Shown here: positions 54,690-64,000 of the stretch, piece by piece
How positions within the stretch are numbered: position 1 is the stretch's first letter
Layout: each line of letters opens with the position of its first letter
Assembly: GCA_030704615.1 (NCBI GenBank)
Contig: CM060734.1
Span: 1,984,001 to 2,048,000 of the forward strand
Source: Takakia lepidozioides
Lineage: Eukaryota; Plantae; Bryophyta
Direction: 5' to 3'
DNA: 64,000 bases
Translations under genes and position numbers: made by a program
The notes under the pieces: generated by a model
The model's input: only the letters and a program-made list of their open reading frames with translations
What the model was told of the DNA's origin: nothing
Database searches by the model: none

Positions 54690-56230
54690 AGGTTCCTATA
54701 TGAGAACATACTCACAAGATTTGGCTGTCCCTTGAAATTTATCAGTGACCAGGGAAGTCATTTCATTAATGAGACCATAGAACTATTGACTAAAGAGTTC
54801 ATGATTGTGCACAGGAAGAGTACAACCTATTACCCAGAGGGCAATGGGCAGGCAGAGGCCACCAACAAATACTATGCACTATCTTGGCTAAGATAGTCGA
54901 TGCAAACATAACAGACTGGGATACAAAGCTGTTGACAGCTTTGTGGTCATACAAGACTTTATATAAAGTCACCACCAAGTATACACCATTCCAATTAGTT
55001 TATGGTATGGAAGCTTTACTTCCAGTGGAATTCTTATTACCTACCATGAGAACTGAATGGGGAAGGATAATGGAATTGGAGGATTCAATTAAAGTAAGGA
55101 AACATGAATTATATCATGTGGAAGAAGTACTTTATGATGCAGCAGATAACATGACCAAAATTCAGATGAAGAGGAGGGATCAGTTTGATGAAGGTAAATT
55201 GAAGACTTTTAAGACGGGTGATTTGGTACTGTGGTTGCAGAAGAAGGGAAAGATTAAAGCTTCTAAGCTTAAGTCACCATGGAAAGGACCTTATGTCATA
55301 CAGAAGATGTATGATAACAACACAGCTATGTTACAAACCATTAACAAAGAGATGTTTGGTAGAGTCAATGCCAATAAGTTGAAGGGATACAGTGGTATCC
55401 ATGATAGACCATTGCAGCATGATTTGCATCTTGAAACATAGATGTAGTCACAGACTACACCGGTAACACCAACGGAGCATGAAGCACTTGTCGTAAAGCC
55501 GAATGTGTATGACCATAGTAGAGAACACGGGTGTTCACACAGCCATCACAGCCCACCACAGTCTAACACAACATATCACAGCCCACCACAGCTTGACACA
55601 GCCTGTCACAGCCCAACACAGCCCACACAGGTTGCACAGTCCATAGGGTTAGTAACAGGTGGACACGAGTTAACGTCAGAAAACTGGCCAGTGAGTGTAA
55701 AGACAGTTTGGAAGTCAAACTCAGAGAATGTGCCACGCGGACAGAGGGAGACGGGAGAGTGTTTGAATTCAAACACGTGGCCTAATGGGCAAAGCACTCC
55801 GCATTGCATGTACTGCAATAACGACCGCCATCACACAAGAAGACAAACAGGGCCGTCAAAGTACCTACCCAGTACCTCAGCCGAAACTTATTACGAGCCC
55901 ATTAATGCATCAAGAGGACAGTTAACGGAACCATTTACGCATCCGGCAAAGGGGAACCTTTGCCACATATGTAGTCCTAGTGGTCATTCCAAGATGGAAT
56001 GTAAGCAGATTAAGGTAAAAAAAAGAAGTTACCTAATGAGGCAACGGCCAATCAGCAATGTGAATTTCGTGCAAGAGACTCCATTCAAGAAACAAGAACA
56101 AGAAATTAAAAAAGTTATGAGCGGAAGAGTAGGGGTCGTTCCGGATAACCAGTGTCTCGACGGGAGGGGCAATCAAAGCTATAGCTTTGTAGCTATGGCG
56201 GATTTTAATCAATAAAAGTATCATGGCCAC
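54690..56230 (+). mobile_element. Gypsy integrase 3' fragment (same lineage as 3658-4934) with long C-terminal extension
   Basis: [55 protein letters not shown]; in-frame ORF 55505..56215 follows after two TAG codons. Confidence 0.9.
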
Positions 56231-56829
56231 TCACCCCTGTTCTAAATAATAATAATAAATAAAATAAAATAAAATAATCATTTTTTCTTTCGAAATGGAA
56301 ACACCGGACAGTGCAAAGATAGGATTGGGAAGTGATGTAGAAGGCTCCACGTTTCGTGGTGAGGGGAATTGGACTTAGAGTCGTTTGCTTGCCCCCCTTC
56401 TCCACCAAGCTGCTCCATCATCCCTTCTTCATTCTCCATAGTCCTTCTCCCTTCTCCTTCTATTCGTCCCCCTCCGGTGGATGTGTTTCATTCCAATATC
56501 CCTTACGAGTAAGCTCTGCATGGTTTTTGCGAGCTCATTCCAACGAATGTCTTTTCGCCTCCCTTTCTCTCTTCCTTGGATGGCTTCATCCCGATGGTTT
56601 TCTCTCTGGTGACCAATGTTGTGCTTCCCGCTCACTCTTTAGGGTTTTTCATTACCCTTGTCTCTTTCCCTTCAACAGACTTGTTGGGTTTTGTGTAAGT
56701 CAGCTCATTGTGTCGCTCTCCTCGCTTCCCGCTGTTGCTTCACTGAAGTGTCTACTCCCTCGCTCCTCCTTGCTAGCGGGTCTTGCGGTTTCCCTCTCCT
56801 TCTGCGCCTTCCCTGTTGGTTTCCTGCGC

Positions 56830-58400
56830 TTCATGGCCCCTAACGCCAGTGCTGTTTTCGGGGGGGCCCCTAGAGGCTCAGTATTTCGTCCTGGCAGACA
56901 GCATAGGACCGGCGTAGAAGTGGAAACTTTAACAGGATTCCCAGTTACGGTACTGGGTGCTGCTCCAATTTTTCCTCCTGGCAGACAGTCTGAGTTGTGG
57001 AGTGAAGAAGCAGCTGCTATGTTTGCAGATCAACCTATCCTGCCTCTTGACATGGATGTCATAAAAAGCCATTCTAAGTTACTATCTGAGCAAGGAATTT
57101 TGCTCCACATCCCTGGGAGAGTAAGAGACCGTCATTGGGCTAAGATGTGGACTCTAGAACATTTGGGAACAGATGGTGGCCTAACCCAACACTTCTGTCA
57201 TCCGCTGGGAAGAGGTTTCTTTTCCATAATGTTTAGTTCTGCTGAGTTCGCCACGAAGGCCTTGAAGTTCAATGTCCGAAGGTCTACATTTCGAGTGCAC
57301 ATTTTTCGTCGATTGGGGTCACAAGTTAGGGGTAACCTACAAGCCAAGGGTCATTGCGATTCCATTCTTCCTGGCAATCATCTCCGCTCCCTACCTGAAA
57401 TAGGTGTCCACTTCGGAGCGTACATTGGTACAATGAATGTCAATGACTTTGATAATGGGGAACTCATTAGCATAGATTCTGAGGTTAACTTTGACCATAC
57501 ATGGGATTCTGGAGTCCCTAAGATTGTGGTATGGATGCCAGAGCAGGCCAAAATCAATGCTTCTCTCAAACTACCGACGTTGGACAATTCATTTATAACG
57601 GTGTCTGTGCTGGAGGAGTATTTAATGTTCTCTGTCACTTGTGTCATAAGGAAGGACATTTCAAAGCTGACTGCCCCTTAAATAAGAAAGCTAAAGCCCC
57701 TAATCAAGCTTCTCCTTCTGTGGTAGCTGTTCAGGATACAGGAACTGAATCAAGGATGCAAGAAGCGGTGGCTTCTCCTGGTGCTACCTCCCCGTCTGAG
57801 AGACCTCCTGCAAAAAAGCCAAGGGGGATATCTTCTACCCCCTACACCCCTAAACCCTTTTGTGTAAGGGAACTTCTAAACTCCGGGCGGTGCCTATGAT
57901 TGCTCGTTCCAGGCTGGAGGCAGTCATTTACAAGCTGGGAGAGGGTGAGCTGGAGAACTTGGGTGCTTTTTGCAGCAAGCTCAAGTCTTTCCAAAGACTG
58001 GGCATCCCGGATGATCCTTCGCCAGACGGTCCTGTCTCCGTGGGTATCCATGTCACTCCAATTGTCTTCGGATTCTCAAATGACTCCCCAACCATTCTTG
58101 CAACCGCCAACGACACACTCATTGGTTCTTGGATCTTCCCGGAAGACGTCCAATCATTCAATCAAGACAGGGAAATGGACATTATCCTGTCCAAGATCCA
58201 TAGTATCTTCTTGGCTTATCTCCCTCATCTTGCTATATCTGCTAAGACTCCTATTTTCTTTTGCTCGTTCCTCCATCAGTCATCTTCTGGCAATTACAAC
58301 ATTCAGCTCTTTCCTACTATTCGATTCTCGGATCTGAAACAGCAGGAAAGCTCCTTTTCCTCTCTGATTTGGTTGGCTGTCCAGAAAACAGATCCCGACT
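56830..58400 (+). mobile_element. L1-type LINE ORF1 remnant (DUF4283-like region plus CX2CX4HX4C knuckle)
   Basis: PLGRGFFSIMFSSAEFATKAL; CHLCHKEGHFKADC; pyrimidine-rich 5' leader. Confidence 0.7.
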
Positions 58401-58916
58401 GAGTTTGGTGATCCTGGCAATAAAAAGTTCCTTGCGGCTGTGTATAACGCGGGCATGTTGCTGGTTGAAGAGATATAGTATGCTAAAAGGAATCTGCGCT
58501 CAGAGGAAGATCCGCCCTCCAATGACAAAATCTTTACTCTTATGGACTTGGCTATCACCGCCCCCCTCCCCGGTGAGCTCGGTTACTCTCTCTTGCTTCC
58601 TATCGTCTCTACCCTTCTTCTCCACTATTCTATGAATTGGTGATAATCTGCAAATCTCAGATATCAGCAGGGTTTTGTCCACCTTATTTCGTTTCAAATG
58701 TATTTTGCCCACCAATCTGCTTCATGTTTGGTCTTCTCAGCTCAATCTATCCGGTCTGCAATTCGTTGCAGCTCTGTTTTGTTGGGGTGGTTGTCACTTC
58801 CTCTTAGATAATGGCTGCTCCGTCTTAGACATTTATGTCCTTATATCCACCTCCACCTGTCTCCTTCCAGCCGTCAAATCATGGTATGATCTCCATGGGC
58901 TGCCAATACTTTCCTA

Positions 58917-59600
58917 CACTACAACATGATGTAGTTTTTAGCACTATGTGTTTCACTATTTCCATAGTCGTTTCAGGCTTTACTACATAAAGTCCAGTGC
59001 TAAATACCAAGTCGTTTCAGGCATGCAGTGAAACCCATGTCGCTGTGGTGGACCCCCCTGTTTTTTGTGGGCAAGACCTGATTTTTTTTCGGATAGTGGA
59101 ATGTTTCACTATACCAATAGGGTAAGAATTTTCACTATACGTTCAACTATGACGTGGACAGGGTGTGAGCCAAAATCCCAGTACACATGGACGACCTAAT
59201 AGTTCAACACATTGCTATATAGTGTACATGCGGGTTATATATTTCACTGTGTAGTGCAACTCTCCTACCCAGTAGTTAACTTCGATACTATATTGTTAGG
59301 GATTTAGGGTATTAATCACACTACTGAGCTAGTGTTAGTACTCCCCGTGCCAGCGTGTAGTTGCAAATAATACTACGTAGCAGATTTATCCTTATCTGTG
59401 TAACTATGTAGTATGATATAATGCTTATAAATACCAACCCGTGTGAGAACACTTTATTATACAGTGTATATTCGAATCAATACACGTGGACATACTTGTA
59501 GTTGAATCAATTACTATATAGTGGATGATTGGGTAATTACTTTCACCATGTAGTGAAACAGATATATCAAATAGTTAATTTTACTACTATATTGTTAGGA
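58917..59600. mobile_element. Probable CACTA left end with CACTAT/ATAGTG subterminal repeats and a ~300-bp internal duplication
   Basis: Begins CACTACAACA right where LINE-like sequence stops; 59180-59300 resembles 59480-59600. Confidence 0.6.
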
Positions 59601-59695
59601 TTTGAGTTATTCCTTTCATTGTATAGGGAAACATTTTAACTGTGTATAAATTTAGAAGGTGCCGCGCCCCGAGTTTGTTGGCAAGAAGGCCACTT

Positions 59696-62200
59696 ATGGA
59701 CACTCCGGCCCATCCATATTGGATATCCTTAAGCTTCTCCATCTTGATTCCAAATCCCAAGATAAACTTTGAAGAAGTAGAAGTGAAGCATGTGAAGTGC
59801 TTGCCAAGGATCGTTGATGGTGATGTCGTGTATGAGCTTCCACCGACATCAAACACATCCCCAGCAGGTCAACTCGAAGGCATGGACCGCAAGTACGATA
59901 GTAATCCATGGGCCACCACGAAGACAACGAACTTAAAGCTTCCTATAATTGGCACAAAAGGCGGCGCAGTCAGGTGAGGTGGTATTTTGTTCCTGCTCAC
60001 TGTCTATTGTGCAGTTGTAGTTGTGGCCGACTTGCATAGTGCAATTTCTGCTCTTTCTGCATTGACTTCAAATGTCATTGTAGGTATGTACACTGTGTTG
60101 GTGCGCTGAAATGTGTCCGAGGAACGTGCCCATTCTTCCTAAGGGAGGGCAGCCACAATGAGATTCATTGGATGGGGCATTACGATGGTCAGTTCAAACC
60201 GCAAAGCCAGGTGCCCCCAAACACCTTCTTATGTTCTCATTGCAACCATCCACCTACATGCATGCACACCTGCCGTGCCAAAATGTTCTACGTGATAGGA
60301 CCACCAACGATGACCAGAGCAGCCGTGCATGTTGGCATTCATTCGCATCCATCTGCACCTAGAGCATGCCGGGAAGCTGTTGCCAAAGCCAAATGATCTG
60401 CACTTGCTGAAGAAATCCATAGGTCACCGTCTGCTAGGCCAAAATCGGTCCAAATGTCTGGCGCTCAGTCCATTGCCATGGAGAAGGTGTTATCGCCAGG
60501 TGCAACCGAGAGATGGAAGCTCGATGATGAGCAGTTCGAGGAGCTCATGGAGGAGGTCGGTGCCGTGGGCAAATGTGGCGTTCGTTACGAGACAAGGAAG
60601 ACAAAAGCACAAATGGGGCTTGGGAGTGAAGTAGAAGCTTTACTGACAATGAAAAAGTGGAGCGGGTACGACTATTTCCATGGGGGCCGCTTCCCAGGCC
60701 CAGGGAGTGTGGATGAGAGATGTTTCATATTCAAGATGTCAACTGTTGGAAAGGGCTGTGGAGTCCATCTAGTGGACATGATGCGTCCGGGGGGGGGAGC
60801 TAGGAAGGAGCTGGATTATGTTTGACAACGTGAAGCGGATACACGGATGGAGTACAATGGCTTGTCACGTGTACCATCCAAATTTTTGGAAGCTCATGAC
60901 AATCGCAATTTGTGAAATGAAATGTGAGGATACAGAATCACATAAGATCATGAGGGAATCCATCAATGAACAGATGCTGCGAGCAGGGAAGGGGCAACCG
61001 CAATTTCGGGGATTCATGGCCGACAATGCAAAATGCAAACTGGGCTGTTGTTCGCGAAGTGTATGGAGGCGGGGAACCCATGCCCGTTTGTGAGAGAACA
61101 TGTGGGTTCCACTGGGGTCAAAGCCTCCAGAAGTGGACCAAAAAATACATCTCTGAAAACCTCCAACATGCACATGTACACTTTTGTACGAAGTGGAGAG
61201 CAGCAAATACTGAGGCGGAAGCGGAGGTTTCATTTCTGGCCATCCGAGCTTGGTGGTCGTCTTCTGGTGCCGCTCGAGATGAGCCACTATTGTGGATTAT
61301 AGTCTGCACCGACTATAACATAGCGTCCCATCTGTGCAGCTCACTTCAGTAGAACATTCCCTTTATAGTCAGCACCGACTATACCGTAAGACATGGCACT
61401 ATTGTGGGTAGCTTATAGTCTGCACCGACTTTAAGATTGGGTTATGTGTCATGAAGCATTCAATGGCTATATTTGGTGCCGATAACTAAAGGCTCGATAT
61501 CGTTTCGATGGACCTCACCTTAAGACGTTGCCTTTTTGGTTGTCCACGGAAATGTTGTTCTCATGATGGAGATTTTACCTGCAGGGATTGGATCTCGAAG
61601 AGGACGCAACAATGCCAAACGTGAACATGTCTGAGTCCGTGCATGCAAGCTGGCAGGCCGGGAGTGGTGTCTTAAAAGTAGACCTATACACAGCCAACAA
61701 AGACGACATGACAAGGGCTATTTTGCAATCATCGGCCTTCCATAATTATCTAAAGGGTGGTGCAAAGGGTTCTCCCTGACCGCCAATAATTATTAGATCG
61801 GGCGGCAGCGCGGTCTTCTGATCCTCTGAAGATGGCAGAGGCGGTAAGAAGTTTTGTGGAGGGAACTCCTCTCCATGGTAGAAATCCTGGGCTCGAGGGC
61901 GACCTTCTCACTCGGACAACGAAGCGGAAGATTGTTTTGGGCAACTTAGAAGACGAGGAACACCTTCATTCATGGAGGCCTGACATGAACCTCCACACCA
62001 CACCCAGGCGCCGTGAAGGTGCCGGAGGACTAAGAGTACCCACAACTACTGTTCAGATGTCTCTAGGGACGTTGGAGGATGACCTTCCAATACAGAATAG
62101 AAAGCCGGTTTTAGAGTCCGCCGTGTCCACAACATGTTGGCACATCGCCCGGACGTCCGACACTTCAAGAGTAAAGTGTTGGGCAGTACTTCAGAAACTG
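59696..62200 (+). pseudogene. Intron-containing MULE-type DDE transposase with N-terminal GCM-like zinc DNA-binding domain, degenerate
   Basis: MDRKYD..WATTKTTN / YVHCVGALKC..C..W..CSHC..CMHTC..AAVHVGIHSHP (WRKY-GCM1-like); MFDNVKR, FMADNA, ERTCGFHWGQSL and NVNMSESVH match the MULE D-D-(CxxH)-E pattern. Introns at ~59974-60083 and ~61.3-61.58 kb; stops and frameshifts present. Confidence 0.72.
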
Positions 62201-62401
62201 GAGTTCCTACTTTTGGTGTTCCATGCCAACTCTGATCAAAGATTTCTGTCAAATCTTTAATCCAGGGATATACCTCAGATCTTTCTCCGTGAATGGAACT
62301 GCCCTTCCCTACATGCTTTTCAATGAAGACAAGGTATTGAATTACAGTTCCTTCCGAATTCAATGGCCTGGTTCTCTTTTCTTTGAAGTTTGAATGTCAC
62401 A

Positions 62402-62866
62402 AAACAACCTTGCGTTGACGCAAGGTTGTTTCGAATGTACTGTCCATGTGTGTTTCACCCGTTCACTGTCTGTTTTCCCAACGTTGCAAATCCCACAATC
62501 AACCTTGCATCAACGCAAGGTTGGTTCGGGTTGTAGGCCTGTGTCCTTCTAAAGGGTTTTTTCAAACGGTTGAAGCTTATCAAACAACCTTGCGTTGACG
62601 CAAGGTTGTTTGAGAGCACAGCCAATGGCTCGTTTTGCCTTCACTCTGAAAATTGCCAGCCCAAGAAACAACCTTGCGTAAACGCAAGGTTAATTTGGGC
62701 TACACTCGAGTGTCCGTTTGCATGGTTTCTGGAACTACTAAAGCTCATGAAACAACCTTGCGTTGACGCAAGGTAGTTTGAGAGTCTTGCCAATGTTTGT
62801 TTTCTCCTTCAACCCCACAGTTGTATGCCCCATGAAACAACCTTGCGTCAACGCAAGGTTGATTTG
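62402..62866. repeat. Array of 30-bp palindromes AAACAACCTTGCGTNNACGCAAGGTTGTTT with unique spacers (a seventh copy at ~63792)
   Basis: Copies at ~62402, 62500, 62582, 62666, 62750, 62835 and 63792. Confidence 0.92.
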
Positions 62867-62886
62867 GGCTGCTGTTCTTTGTCCTG

Positions 62887-63724
62887 CACTACAACAGATC
62901 GCGGTAATTATGACTGCCAAACCGTGGTAGTCATGGTTTTCTTGACTTTGACCATGACTGCACCATGTTTTTATATGAAATTGACCTCCCGCAGTCGTTC
63001 ATACGACTGTAGTCATATAAACGACTATCTACGTAGTCGTTTGTATGACTACATGGCTCCGAAATGGGCGGAAGGCTGGTCAACGGAAATTGACCAGATT
63101 TAGCTCACCACTATAGTCATTTCCATGAGTACAGTGTACATGGATGAGGTTACATAGTCATGATGACTACTGGGGATTTTATAATTTGGTGTGTATAATA
63201 CAATTAAAACACCACATAATCACATGAATGACTAATGGGTGTATTGGTTAGCAGGTAGTGAACTATAACTCTTATAGTAAAGAGGTTGGAGGTTCAAACT
63301 CCTCTAAATATAATCAAATGGATAAGATGGCCCTAAGGTTAGTAGGCGAGCTAGGGATAGCATGCGACACCTTAGATGGGCTGCCACGTAGTCTTTTTCA
63401 TTATTATAAAATATATTATGTCACGTGGCACAATGCGGTACGACGTGGCGTCTGACATATATTTTTTAAATTGTTTTTTGAAAAAAATAATTAATCAATT
63501 GCGCATCGCCACGTGGCGCGGTAGCGGCGACTGCAGTATGGTATATATGACTGCAGTGAGAGATATCACTTGGTTTATCTGACTGTAGTCATCCGGACCG
63601 TACCATCCTGTACTCATTGTATTCACTTGGTTTGCACGATTTACAGTCATAGAAGTCATATGTACCGTTTATGACTGCAGAATAGTCATATATACAGTCA
63701 TAAATACCGCGATCTGTTGTAGTG
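62887..63724. mobile_element. Non-autonomous CACTA element (~838 bp)
   Basis: TIRs CACTACAACAGATCGCGGTA..TACCGCGATCTGTTGTAGTG; near-matching 3-bp flanks CTG/TTG; ATGACT/AGTCAT subterminal repeats; no ORF. Confidence 0.9.
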
Positions 63725-64000
63725 TTGTGTCTTGTGTCCTGAGTCCTGGCGAAGTCTGTATTTAACTCCTTTCCCATTGTTGGAAGCCCCACAAACAACC
63801 TTGAGTTAACGCAAGGTTGATTGGGGCTGCAAATGAAGGGTCATTTTCACTTGTCCCAAGGTTGTTTTGGGCCATACAACTGCATGTTTATCTGCAATTG
63901 TGTTCAATACCAGACTTCATGACTGATTGATCTTCCGTTTTCTTATAGAGGAAAAGGAAAAGGAAAGAACCTGCCAGAGATGGAGGAGAGGCAGACGATG

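Noticed and set aside
62402-62866. True CRISPR array
   Set aside because: Eukaryotic TE context, no cas genes or leader, alternating repeat orientation and uneven spacing.
58917-63724. Single CACTA element spanning 58917-63724
   Set aside because: The right TIR matches 62887 over ~20 bp but matches 58917 over only 10 bp, and the flanking triplets (CTA vs TTG) do not form a TSD.

Overview
This is eukaryotic, TE-rich land-plant genomic DNA, probably a non-seed plant such as a bryophyte (inferred from TE types and gene structure; not verified). Two intact intron-containing host genes lie on the minus strand in a ~10 kb island: a dormancy/auxin-repressed protein (DRM1/ARP; 44,972-46,819) and mitochondrial class-2 dihydroorotate dehydrogenase (49,218-54,234). 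The rest is mostly nested, decayed mobile DNA: non-chromovirus Ty3/Gypsy elements with 3' extra coding regions, Ty1/Copia pieces, a DUF659 hAT, CACTA ends plus a CACTA MITE, three LINE remnants, a GCM-like/MULE-type transposase and a large non-coding foldback-like repeat family. Highlights: (1) the hAT BED-finger exon and likely promoter are inverted between palindromic repeat arrays, with splice phase preserved; (2) a ~90-nt covarying hairpin occurs three times at the same place in a non-coding repeat cassette; (3) a 2A/StopGo-like motif sits in a putative LINE; (4) several unrelated elements carry regularly spaced palindrome arrays; (5) two Gypsy integrases share a long His/Cys-rich C-terminal extension. 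All calls come from reading the sequence by eye; no searches were run.
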